Origin: an uncultured archaeon | GTDB taxonomy: Archaea; Asgardarchaeota; Heimdallarchaeia; Heimdallarchaeales; Heimdallarchaeaceae | Direction of reading: 5' to 3' | DNA: 64,000 nucleotides | NCBI GenBank assembly: GCA_964534625.1 | Contig: CAZHRF010000007.1 | Coordinates: 11,170-75,169, forward strand | In this document: in pieces, positions 49,862 through 59,464 of the stretch | How positions within the stretch are numbered: the stretch's first letter is position 1 | How the letters are laid out: the number at the start of each line of letters is the position of its first letter | Notes under the pieces: model-generated | Database searches by the model: none | The model's input: the letters and a program-made list of their open reading frames with translations, nothing else | What the model was told of the DNA's origin: nothing | Position numbers and translations under genes: made by a program

Positions 49862-50974
49862 TTTTATTTGAATGTCTTCTTGAAAACCCCGTCCTTGAGG
49901 GCGGGGATGAAAAGAAGAAAAAACAATACACGTTTTAGCATACAAACATTTTTGAATAAAAAAAACTAAAACAAGGATGAGATGAAGGTCAACAGAGCAT
50001 ATAAAGTAAGGATATACCCTACTAAAGAACAAGAACAGATGCTCATAAAGACCTTCGGGTGTTGTAGGTTCCTCTGGAATAACATGCTAGCGGAACGAAA
50101 AGAGATATACGAAAAACTAAAAGACAACAAAGAAGAACTGTACGAGTACACCTATAAAACAGAAAAGGAGTATAAACAAGCGTATACGTTCCTGAAAGAC
50201 GTGGGGAGTAGGGCGTTACAAGAAGAACGAATACACCTAGAACGGGCGTTCAAAGAGTTTTTCAAAGGAACACGGGGATACCCCAATTTTAAGTCCAAGA
50301 AACACCCTCGTCAAAGTTTTACGACCTACAATGTTAACAACAACGTAAAGATAGATTTTAAGAAAAAGAAGATTAAAGAACAAGGATAAAGCAAGAATAA
50401 GGTTAGCCAGAAAATATGAACGAATAAATAATAAACGGAAGGATTATCTACACAAACTCACTACCTGGGTAGCCACCACCTATGATGTCGTTATCATTGA
50501 AGACCTCAACCTTACAGGTATACAACAATTTAATGGTGGGATAAGTAAGTCCATTACGTTAGACTTTTCGTGGGGAGAGTTTGTCCGTTTACTTGCGTAT
50601 AAACTTGAAGAACGGGGAAAGTATCTTATAAAGGTAGACCGTTTCTTTCCTTCCAGTAAGCAGTGTTCAACGTGTGGATATATCCACAAACGCTTACGTT
50701 TATCTGACCGCACCTGGGTTTGTCCTTCTTGTTCTACTACCCATGATAGGGATACTAATGCTAGTTATAATTTGTTTGTTGAAGGTTGTCGCCTTCTTAC
50801 TACTCATCATCATTGTACCGTAGGTACTACGGGAACGTACGCTTGTGGAGAAGTTGTCATTCCTCTGCGTTTTCTCTATTACCATTTGTTTGGTCATAGT
50901 ATTCGCTATTCTTTTTCTTTTGAGGTTGCTTCTATGAAACAAGAAACCCCCTCCTTTAGGGTGGGATAGTTCAT
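49862..50974 (+). mobile_element. IS200/IS605-family (TnpB-only) element remnant with subterminal hairpins
   Basis: Left hairpin CCCCGTCC-TTGA-GGGCGGGG at 49887-49906. Right hairpin CCCCCTCC-TTTA-GGGTGGG at 50947-50965, followed by ATAGTTCAT. The hairpins enclose the tnpB fragments. No tnpA is present. Confidence 0.65.
49982..50969 (+). pseudogene. tnpB: tnpB (OrfB) with internal deletion and frame change
   Basis: N-terminal fragment MKVNRAYKVRIYPTKEQEQMLIKTFGCCRFLWN (frame of 49982-50389). The C-terminal fragment is in another frame from ~50355: KRKDYLHKLTTW..VVIIEDLNL (RuvC-II), CSTCGY...CPSCS (zinc finger), HDRDTNAS (RuvC-III). The middle, including the RuvC-I Asp, is missing. Confidence 0.75.
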
Positions 50975-51018
50975 CTATGCCATTATTTATTAAGTTCCTA
51001 CTCATTTGTCCTTAGATT

Positions 51019-51279
51019 ATGTCAGATGATAATTATTCGTCTTCGGATCTCTCAACAGATGATTTAAAAATCAAAATTACTCGTAGGAAAGAATCTGAAA
51101 TTATTCGTATTTGTCCCAAATGTTTACAACCAGTTAAAGTAGTTGGTTCTTTTTACGAATTACAAAACAAATACCAATGTACCAATCCAAGTTGTAACTG
51201 GGTGGGTTCTGTTATCCTAGAAGTTGATCGGGAAAATTACAAAAAATATTTAACAGAGTACGAAGAATCAAAGGAATAA
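51019..51279 (+). CDS. Small zinc-ribbon protein, hypothetical
   Basis: CPKC...CTNPSC four-Cys arrangement after an acidic N-terminus. Confidence 0.4.
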   Translation: MSDDNYSSSDLSTDDLKIKITRRKESEIIRICPKCLQPVKVVGSFYELQNKYQCTNPSCNWVGSVILEVDRENYKKYLTEYEESKE

Positions 51280-51318
51280 CAAATCCAAAGCTTTAATATA
51301 CCAGATTTATTAAAAGAG

Positions 51319-52164
51319 ATGAACTCAATGGAAGCTGCAATAGTTATTGATACAAGTAGAGAAATCCCCCCTAAACTTTATGATGTCTATGACATCTATC
51401 CTGTTGGATATATTGTTGAAGATTCAAAAGGTAAAATCTATAAAGAAAGATTAAACATCCGTTCTCTACAAACGGAAAAGCTTCTTTCAATTTTAGATAA
51501 GGATAAGAAATCTCAACTGTATTCTCCTCCTATAAAAGATTTTGTTGAATTATACACTTATTTGACCGAAGATTATGATATGATTATTAGTATACATTCA
51601 TCTAGTATAACACCCGCCGTTTTTGAAAATGCCATCATAGCTAAAAAGTTAGTTTCGGGAGCGCAAATAGATATCGTAGATACACCCAGTTTTGGCTCAT
51701 CTTCAGCAATAGCTACTGAGATGCTGGCTAATAAAGTAATACAAGCTGATAGTATAAATGATGTAAGGAAAGAGGGGTTTAGTATTAACAAGCAGTTACA
51801 ATCACTTGTTATCTCCAAGAATGATGATTTAACTAAAGTCGGTATAAGAAAATCTTCATGGTGGTCAGGATTTACTATGTCTCTTCGACCATTTTTACTT
51901 TATAGACTTTTACATGGACAATGGAATGAAATAAAGAAAGCTAGAAGTGTTGATTCACTTGTTAATGAATTAAAAGAGACCATTCATCTTATTACTCAAG
52001 CCAAAGAGATAAAAAACATTTATGCTGGCGCATTTGGAGAGATTAGCAAATTTTCTAAAATTATTGAAGACAATGTAGGGGATTGTGATGTTAAAAACAC
52101 TCAAAAATCGCTAGTAACCCATCTTCTTTTAGGTAAAACGTATTTGACAATAGGATTCCTTTGA
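51319..52164 (+). CDS. DegV-like protein (divergent)
   Basis: AAIVIDTSREIP...YSPPIKDFVELYTYL..YDMIISIHSSS...IDIVDTPSFGSS follows the DegV layout, but with substitutions in the SGT/TSQPS blocks. Confidence 0.55.
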   Translation: MNSMEAAIVIDTSREIPPKLYDVYDIYPVGYIVEDSKGKIYKERLNIRSLQTEKLLSILDKDKKSQLYSPPIKDFVELYTYLTEDYDMIISIHSSSITPAVFENAIIAKKLVSGAQIDIVDTPSFGSSSAIATEMLANKVIQADSINDVRKEGFSINKQLQSLVISKNDDLTKVGIRKSSWWSGFTMSLRPFLLYRLLHGQWNEIKKARSVDSLVNELKETIHLITQAKEIKNIYAGAFGEISKFSKIIEDNVGDCDVKNTQKSLVTHLLLGKTYLTIGFL

Positions 52165-52194
52165 TAGTCTTTGATTCAGAAGTACTTTAGTCTA

Positions 52195-52983
52195 TTATTT
52201 AATCCCATACAATTTTTTAACATTTTCTGTAGTTTTATGTGCCAATTCTGTATAATCTATATTGATGAGTTGAGATGCCTTCTTACATAGAATAGGTATA
52301 CTAGAAGGATCATTTTTCTTTCCTTTTTCGAGGGAGTGATACGGACTATCAGTCTCAAAAAGTAGGAAGTCTGGAGGAATCAGCTCAAGATTTTTCTGAT
52401 AATTTTTTCTGTAGACTGCGCTAGTTGGAACAGAGATGTACCATCCTTCATTTATAATTTCTTTGATCTGTTGTTCACTACCATCAAAACAGTGCATGTG
52501 AACTCTTTTTGCCTCTTCCTCTTTAAGAATGGCTATAACCTCCCGTTCAGCCGCCCTAGAGTGTATAACCAATGGCTTATTTTCTTTTTTTGCAAACGTG
52601 ATAAGTTTTCTAAAATATTGCTTTTGTTGTCCTCTTTTTTCTTCTTCTTTTACCCAGTGAAAATCTAATCCTACCTCACCTATTGCAATAATATCTCTTG
52701 AATTTCGTTTAAAGAAAGATAAAAATGTATCATAACTTTCCTTTGAAACAATAGTTGGTTGTAACCCCACAGATAAATAATAACTGGGATATTCTAGACT
52801 CTTTAGTCCGTATTCGAATGTGTCAGGTTCGACAACATTGTTGATAATTATTGTAACCCCTTTTTGAATTGACTTATTTGCTATCTCTTTGAATTCTGAA
52901 ATTTCAAAATAAGGAGGGTGGATATGACAATGTGAATCAGCTAGTATTAACTGTATATCATATCCATTCTCTTTTTCTAGCAT
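52195..52983 (-). CDS. tatD: TatD family metal-dependent hydrolase
   Basis: ADSHCHI, GEVGLDFHW, VIHSR, HCFDG and ETDSPY motifs. Confidence 0.85.
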   Translation of the reverse strand: MLEKENGYDIQLILADSHCHIHPPYFEISEFKEIANKSIQKGVTIIINNVVEPDTFEYGLKSLEYPSYYLSVGLQPTIVSKESYDTFLSFFKRNSRDIIAIGEVGLDFHWVKEEEKRGQQKQYFRKLITFAKKENKPLVIHSRAAEREVIAILKEEEAKRVHMHCFDGSEQQIKEIINEGWYISVPTSAVYRKNYQKNLELIPPDFLLFETDSPYHSLEKGKKNDPSSIPILCKKASQLINIDYTELAHKTTENVKKLYGIK

Positions 52984-52987
52984 TAAA

Positions 52988-53977
52988 TCACTTCTTTTCT
53001 TTGAATAATATATCTGATAAGTCTTTTATAACATCGATTCCTCGTATTTCTCTATCAAATTCTTCTACTTTTGTGATTTCCTTATCATAAAAAACCGTTT
53101 TAAGATACTCAATATTTTTCATATGCTCTTCGTGCCTTTTGCTGCAATAAGAACAATTTTCATTATTGGGATTGATTTGATTTATAATTATATGTGTATT
53201 AGGGATTTTATGCTCTTGTAATTCTTCATTCAATCTTTCTGATTCAAAAATCCCCATTAAAGTAGGAATGGTTACAATAATAAATTGGGTCAAATTAGGA
53301 TCCATAAGCTGATCACGAGCGATTACGATTTTTTCTTTCATCGCTTCTAACATCTCCACCGTACGATCTTTCTCTCCTTGACTTCCAAACATGCTCTTTA
53401 GCATAGTCATTGTATTTGAAATAAAAGTTTTCATTTTCAGCATTCTTCCTAAAAATGAATCGAGAAATTCTGGCATATTCAATAACCGTAATGTATGTCC
53501 AGTAGGTGCAGTATCCAAAATAACCGTATCATAATCATCGCTCTCTGCATATTCCAGTATTTTAGCAAATGACAACGCCTCGTCCATACCAGGTGGGGGA
53601 ATCTGTTTCATATCCTCACCGAAACCTTCCATACCATCTAATCCTGACATAGAAAACATCTGAGAAAATTGTGTCGTATCTACTGGTTGTTTAAGAAGTT
53701 TAGATAATTCATCACCAGCTTTATCTGGTTTAATCTCTAAGGCATATAAATCTCCTTCTGCTTGTTTAACACGTACAATTTCTCCAGTTGAGAAATCTAA
53801 GTCGAACGAATCACTAAGACTGTGAGCAGGATCTGTTGATATAATCAAGACTTTTCTTCCAGCCTTTGCTAAACGAGTGCCAATAGCTGAAGCAACACTA
53901 GTTTTACCAACTCCACCTTTACCACCAACTAATATAAACTTCTGGTGAAGATGGAGAAATTCTTCTAGAGTCATCAT
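52988..53977 (-). CDS. ArsA/Get3-family ATPase (Get3/TRC40-like)
   Basis: Deviant Walker A GGKGGVGKTS, DTAPTGHTLRLL switch II, and a CxxC (NENCSYCSKRHEEHMKNIEYL) at the position of the Get3 zinc-dimerisation motif. Confidence 0.8.
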   Translation of the reverse strand: MMTLEEFLHLHQKFILVGGKGGVGKTSVASAIGTRLAKAGRKVLIISTDPAHSLSDSFDLDFSTGEIVRVKQAEGDLYALEIKPDKAGDELSKLLKQPVDTTQFSQMFSMSGLDGMEGFGEDMKQIPPPGMDEALSFAKILEYAESDDYDTVILDTAPTGHTLRLLNMPEFLDSFLGRMLKMKTFISNTMTMLKSMFGSQGEKDRTVEMLEAMKEKIVIARDQLMDPNLTQFIIVTIPTLMGIFESERLNEELQEHKIPNTHIIINQINPNNENCSYCSKRHEEHMKNIEYLKTVFYDKEITKVEEFDREIRGIDVIKDLSDILFKEKK

Positions 53978-54067
53978 TAGAAGTAATAAAATTGGATATT
54001 TAAATTCTTATGATGATTGAGAGAATAATAAAGAAAAAGAAGATAAAAAAGATCATATTAGCAATAA

Positions 54068-54826
54068 CTATTTTTTACGTTTTTCTATTTTTCTTTTTTT
54101 CTTTGCTTCACTTATCTTTCTTGCTGGTTCTTTACTCTTTTTACTCTTTTTACTTTTACCTTCTTGGATTTTTTCGTAAATATATTGAGTAGTTATAATT
54201 ATGATGAAGAAACCGCCGATAGCTAAACTATACCAAAGAACATTTAACCAGAGGTCAGCTTCAATAATTTCAACTTTTTCTGGTAAAATGGATGTCAATT
54301 CAAATCTTTGAGAATATGCAGAGTATTCATGACCTTTATTATTTTGATATTCAATTGTAGTTGATTCTATGGCAAACTTGCCTTCTTTTACAATTAACAA
54401 GTAATAATCGAAATAGATTGTTGCATTAATATCAACTTCAACAAAATTACGAGAATAATAGTCAATTGTTTTTGAAACTAAACTAGGAAGGAGCGGTTCT
54501 GTTATGGTAAGATTATAGGCTGTCCTATTTCCTATATTCTTTATTACTATTGTGACTTTTAGCCATTGATTTGGTTCAGTTTTGTATGTTTTATCATCAA
54601 TAGTGGCATTAATAGATTTCCTAATGGATAGTATAGGACGACTAGGGAGTGTATCATTAGTTTCTTGAAGAATTGATTTATCAGAATGATTACTGGTTTC
54701 AGATTTCATACAATTTATCCTTTGATCTATTGTATTAGCATTCCCATAGACATTAAATATAGAGGATCCTATAAACATAAGACAAATGAAAAGTATTAAG
54801 GTAAAAGTAAAGTGTTTTTTTTGCAT
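54068..54826 (-). CDS. Secreted/membrane-anchored protein with CARDB/DUF11-like beta domain
   Basis: N-terminal signal/TM, VTIVIKNIGNRTAYNLTITEP beta-sandwich-like block, C-terminal TM helix and a Lys-rich tail. Confidence 0.45.
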   Translation of the reverse strand: MQKKHFTFTLILFICLMFIGSSIFNVYGNANTIDQRINCMKSETSNHSDKSILQETNDTLPSRPILSIRKSINATIDDKTYKTEPNQWLKVTIVIKNIGNRTAYNLTITEPLLPSLVSKTIDYYSRNFVEVDINATIYFDYYLLIVKEGKFAIESTTIEYQNNKGHEYSAYSQRFELTSILPEKVEIIEADLWLNVLWYSLAIGGFFIIIITTQYIYEKIQEGKSKKSKKSKEPARKISEAKKKRKIEKRKK

Positions 54827-54971
54827 ATTTTTCCCGTATCCTATTATGTTCTAAATACTAAAAAATAACTTTTCTTTATATATTTTCCTCTCCTAGATAA
54901 TGAATGTGGGTAACAGAAAAAGCACCAAAAAAATGAATAACATTTAAATGTAACTAATTATGCTTTAATGC

Positions 54972-55865
54972 ATGAAAAACGTAAAAATACTCTGTGATAC
55001 ATCTGCAGATCTTAATTTAGAGCAAGATGTGACGTTATATGATAAATACAATATAAGTACGTTCCCTATGCAAATCATATTCGATGAGAAAGCATATAAA
55101 GAACTTGAAGAATTAACTCCCTCAAAATTTTACAAGTTGCTAGAATCAGGGGAATTAGGAAGACCAAGAACCTCTCAACCAGCTCAGTATGATATATTAA
55201 CCAAATTCGAGAAATATGGACAAGAATATGATGATATCCTGTCAATACATATTTCGAGTGAACTAAGTGGGTCTTATTCTAATGGAAAGATGGCAAAGAA
55301 ACTCTATCAAAGAAAAACTGATCCAAGTTCTAATATAGTTGTGTATGATTCGAAACTGGCTAGTTCTGCAATGGGTTTACTAGTTATAAAAGCAGCCAAA
55401 CTTGCAGAAGCAGGCTGGGCTATTGATGATATTGTGAAAGAATTAGATCGATGGAAAAATGAAGATTTCCATGTAGTATTTACAGTAAGCAATTTACAAT
55501 GGCTCTTTGAAGGTGGGAGATTAAGTAAGGCAAAATATTATATCGCGAATTTGTTAAACAAAAAACCCATATTGGGCTTTGATGAGGGTAATTTATCCGT
55601 TTTCAAGAGTGTCACCAGTATTGAAAAAACCATTAGTACAATGAAAAAAATGTTGTTAGAGTACTTTGGTAACTCAAAACAAGACTTAATGTGTCATATT
55701 GTCCATGCTGATTACAAAGATCAAGCGGAAAAAGTTATGACTGATATACTTAAAGAACATGATAATATAAAAGAAGGTAAAATCTTTGTACTAGGTGGAA
55801 CAATAGGTAGCCATACTGGACCAGAAACATTAGGCATATTGATGACAAGAAATTTTGAATATTAA
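54972..55865 (+). CDS. DegV family fatty-acid-binding protein
   Basis: ILCDTSADL, TSQPAQYD, IHISSELSGSY, VYDSKLAS, GGRLSKA and GSHTGPE blocks. Confidence 0.85.
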   Translation: MKNVKILCDTSADLNLEQDVTLYDKYNISTFPMQIIFDEKAYKELEELTPSKFYKLLESGELGRPRTSQPAQYDILTKFEKYGQEYDDILSIHISSELSGSYSNGKMAKKLYQRKTDPSSNIVVYDSKLASSAMGLLVIKAAKLAEAGWAIDDIVKELDRWKNEDFHVVFTVSNLQWLFEGGRLSKAKYYIANLLNKKPILGFDEGNLSVFKSVTSIEKTISTMKKMLLEYFGNSKQDLMCHIVHADYKDQAEKVMTDILKEHDNIKEGKIFVLGGTIGSHTGPETLGILMTRNFEY

Positions 55866-56001
55866 TTAGACTTTTGTTACCCAAAAATATTTTTCTTTTT
55901 AGATTTTTATAAATGTTAATTGTTTTTCCTTTAAAATTGCAATTATTAAATAAAGTTTAAAAATAACTAACTACTCTTTATTATCAACAATTGGTGTTAA
56001 T

Positions 56002-56880
56002 ATGAAAATTAAAGTAATGACAGATTCTGCTGCAGATATACCTGAAAGGATTAAAGAAAAGTATGATTTGAGTTTTGTTCCGACAGTTATCAGGTTTGAT
56101 GACGATGTGTATTATGAAGGGGTGAGTTTAACCTTAGATGAATTTTACAAAATATTAGAAAAAGGAGAAAAGCATCCAAGCACCGCCAATCCAACGCTAC
56201 ATCACGATTATGAACTTTTTGAAGAACTTGGAAAAGAAGCAGATCACGTAATTAATGTTGTAATATCCTCACGCATTTCTGGATCGTTGAATACGGCCAC
56301 TAAAGCCAAACAGCTATACGAAAAAAGGGTGAAGAATCCTGCTACAATTCATTTACATGATTCTTGGTGTGCTTCTTATGGTATAGGTATACAAGCTTTG
56401 CATGCAGCAAATTTGGTTGAAGAAGGTAAAGGAGTTAAAGAGATTTTAGAAAGACTTCAAGAACATAGAAAAAGTATCTCGGTAGGTTTTACAGTTGATG
56501 ATCTAAAGTTCTTAGAGCGAGGCGGAAGGTTATCCAAAGGTAAATATGTTTTAGCTAATCTTGTAGGAATGAAACCTATACTTGAAATGATTGACGGAAA
56601 AATGATGGCTGAAAAAAAAGTTAGACATCATGATGTAGCTGTAAAAGAAACATTCGAATCAGCATATGAAAGATTAGGGAAACCAGCCAAGTTTAATGCT
56701 TATATCCATCATGGAAGAAATCTTGAATCAGCAAAAATGCTTAAAGAGTACATTGAAGCAAACTATGGAGACAAAGAAATAAACATTGGAATAATAGAGA
56801 TAGGTATGACAATAGTTTCTCACACCGGACCAGGAACTATAGGTGTAGTCTTAGACTCATACTATGATTATATTCTATAA
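56002..56880 (+). CDS. DegV family fatty-acid-binding protein
   Basis: VMTDSAADIP, STANPT, VVISSRISGS, GGRLSKGK and VSHTGPG blocks. Confidence 0.85.
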   Translation: MKIKVMTDSAADIPERIKEKYDLSFVPTVIRFDDDVYYEGVSLTLDEFYKILEKGEKHPSTANPTLHHDYELFEELGKEADHVINVVISSRISGSLNTATKAKQLYEKRVKNPATIHLHDSWCASYGIGIQALHAANLVEEGKGVKEILERLQEHRKSISVGFTVDDLKFLERGGRLSKGKYVLANLVGMKPILEMIDGKMMAEKKVRHHDVAVKETFESAYERLGKPAKFNAYIHHGRNLESAKMLKEYIEANYGDKEINIGIIEIGMTIVSHTGPGTIGVVLDSYYDYIL

Positions 56881-57034
56881 AAATTGATAAAAAAATCGAC
56901 TCATAATTAATTTATTTGTGTTTCTCTGAACAATTAATCCCCTCTATTTTATTTTTTAGCTAAAATTTGGTTAATCTAACAAAAATATGATTAAGAGCCA
57001 TAAATTATTAATAGTAACTAAACGAAATTAAAAT

Positions 57035-57778
57035 GTGCATGATATGAAGTATAAGGCCTTTTTATTTGACTTGGATGGAACCTTAATAGATTTTGATCCA
57101 AACGTTTTCATTAAGCAATATCTAGCTGTAGCTAGCAAGTATTTCCTAAAAGTAGGTTTAATAGACAATAAACAATTTTTCATAAAAACGCTCCTAGATG
57201 CAACTTATACCATGGAAATAAATGATACCACAAATATAGTCCTCAACGATTTTTTGGATGCGTTTTGTCCCAAACTTAGTTTAGATAGAAAAGAAACGAT
57301 GCAAATTTTTAATGATTTCTATAAGAGTAAATTTGATGTTGTCAAACCATTAATAAAACCAGCTAAAGGTGCATCAAAATTATTATCTTATCTTAAAATT
57401 AATAGAAATGAAATTAAAAGGGCAATTGCCACTAATCCTGTTTTCCCTATGGTTGCAATCACCCGTAGAATGAAGTGGGGAAATCTTGGTCAAGAGGATT
57501 TTGACTTGATCACTACAGGAGAAAAGATGACATATGCAAAACTTAATCCTAAATACTGGAGTCAAACAGCTGAATTTTTGGAATGTGATCCGTCTGAATG
57601 CTTAGTGGTTGGTAATGACGCAATACGTGACATTATTAATGCAAAAAAGGCTGGGTGTGATACTTTTCTTATTCAAGAAGCTCTAGAAAATGGTCAAAAT
57701 CTTGATTTCAAAAATGATGTCGATTATGAAGGCTCTTTATTGAGTTTACTCGATCTAGTTAAAACTGATTTTGAGTAA
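57035..57778 (+). CDS. HAD superfamily hydrolase
   Basis: Motif I FLFDLDGTLID, motif II ATNP, motif IV VGNDAIRD. Confidence 0.75.
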   Translation: MHDMKYKAFLFDLDGTLIDFDPNVFIKQYLAVASKYFLKVGLIDNKQFFIKTLLDATYTMEINDTTNIVLNDFLDAFCPKLSLDRKETMQIFNDFYKSKFDVVKPLIKPAKGASKLLSYLKINRNEIKRAIATNPVFPMVAITRRMKWGNLGQEDFDLITTGEKMTYAKLNPKYWSQTAEFLECDPSECLVVGNDAIRDIINAKKAGCDTFLIQEALENGQNLDFKNDVDYEGSLLSLLDLVKTDFE

Positions 57779-58046
57779 TATTATCACCCTATTTAATGCC
57801 CTCGAAATTTTTGGTAAAAATTTTTTCATCTATAGTGAAGTACCGCTCATCCCGCCTGTCGATAATCATCTTCCGCAACGAATCATTCGACCGTTGTGTA
57901 ATCATTGAGGTACTTCAAGAAATAGAAATTCTTTATCTACATAAAATTTGGGATTGTAGTATTTTAACTATTTACTTATACTTTTCAGAAGAAGTACTGC
58001 TCTTGAATAACCACCAGTTATTAATTAGCAATATAGCCAAATTCAT

Positions 58047-59279
58047 TTAGATCATCATATCTTTTGTCATTGAAAGATACCCTTCTATCTCACTTTTGGC
58101 TCTTCTGACAAATGCTGTCAATTGTTCGATATTTCCTTCTACTGCGAGATTTTGTGTTTTATCAAGTTTTTTCATCGCATCATTAAAATTTTCTAATGCT
58201 TCTTTGTATTGATCATTATCAAATGCAGCTATTCCTTTAGTTTGTAGGGCCAAAGCGTCATAGTATGCCCTTTGAGCTGTCATACTTGTAATAAGTGTCT
58301 CACTCTCAATTGTGGCGAGCATACCAATAGCAAAATCGACTATTTTTTGGGCTTCTTGAAAAATTTCACTAGCTTCATCTGGTCTATCTAGCCGACGATA
58401 TAATTCATTAGCTTGTGATTCAAGTTGGCTGGCTCGAGTTATTTTAGATAAGGCTAAATATAATCTTTGTTCCATAAAACTTGAACAAATTTCGCTTGCT
58501 CGATTATAATACAAAGAAGCAATATTGAATGTTCTTATGGCTTGCTTGAACCTACTCTCTTGAATTAAAACTGATCCTTGGCTCCAAAAACGCTCAGCTT
58601 TAGCAACAATACGTTCTTTAAGCATATTATCGATCATGTCTCTAAGTTTATCTTTTTCTTTATGATATTTATTGAAAATAAAGTCAGCTTTTTGTAAAGA
58701 TGAACGAGAACGTAACAAATATTTAAGTTTGCGTTCAGAATTTTGTTCAATTTGAGATTTATAAAGATAATATAAATAATGTACATGAGCAAATCGTGCT
58801 TTGGCAATAGTCCCATCAACAGCGTTTTCATCTTCTTTCAATTTGTTGAATTCTTCAAAAAGATTGAAAGATTGTTCTAATTCATTAATCTTAGACTCAA
58901 ACTTTTCTACAATGTAGCTCCGAGCGACGTGAGACATAGCCTCGGAATAATTGGTCCATTTGATCATCTCATGATAAATAGTATCTCCTTCTATGCCTCG
59001 AGATGCTCTGGATCTAACGATGAGTTTATTACCTTCATTATACTGTATATAAGCTTGATTGTACTTTTTATCAGCTAAAAATTGATCGGCTTCGATTATA
59101 TGCATCATACCTTCATAAAAATAGGATAAAACACGGGCAGTAACATTATCATCACCGCTTTTTCTAAAAGCGTCATAAACAGATTTGAAATCGTAATAGC
59201 TTTTGGTTAAATTTGAATATGATGGCTCATAATGAATAAATATGAATGTCGGAATATTCTGCATAGATTGGGGACTCAA
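58047..59279 (-). CDS. Hypothetical all-helical protein (TPR-like repeats possible)
   Basis: 410-aa ORF. Repeated Y..A...Y helical-hairpin-like segments. No catalytic motif. Confidence 0.4.
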   Translation of the reverse strand: MSPQSMQNIPTFIFIHYEPSYSNLTKSYYDFKSVYDAFRKSGDDNVTARVLSYFYEGMMHIIEADQFLADKKYNQAYIQYNEGNKLIVRSRASRGIEGDTIYHEMIKWTNYSEAMSHVARSYIVEKFESKINELEQSFNLFEEFNKLKEDENAVDGTIAKARFAHVHYLYYLYKSQIEQNSERKLKYLLRSRSSLQKADFIFNKYHKEKDKLRDMIDNMLKERIVAKAERFWSQGSVLIQESRFKQAIRTFNIASLYYNRASEICSSFMEQRLYLALSKITRASQLESQANELYRRLDRPDEASEIFQEAQKIVDFAIGMLATIESETLITSMTAQRAYYDALALQTKGIAAFDNDQYKEALENFNDAMKKLDKTQNLAVEGNIEQLTAFVRRAKSEIEGYLSMTKDMMI

Positions 59280-59464
59280 ATCACATCAAATAGGAATTAA
59301 AATAATAAAATAAAAAACCACCGATATTCTCAGATCAAAAAAAACCATTTTAAAAAAGAAGAACTCAGAAGAGATTATTGTTATTCAAACATTCTATGCA
59401 TTCTGGACTTAAATTCATTTGAAAAGAATTATAATATGTATCTTTTATAGAAACAAGAAGGTAT

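Noticed and set aside
50480-51005. Minus-strand ORFs (77 and 101 aa), and the plus-strand 65-aa ORF at 50772-50969
   Set aside because: The minus-strand ORFs are antisense to the tnpB remnant. The 65-aa ORF is simply the tail of the tnpB C-terminal frame reading into the right-end hairpin.
57796-58050. 84-aa ORF in the convergent spacer
   Set aside because: The composition is implausible, with no start context and no motif. The region is treated as non-coding or possible RNA.
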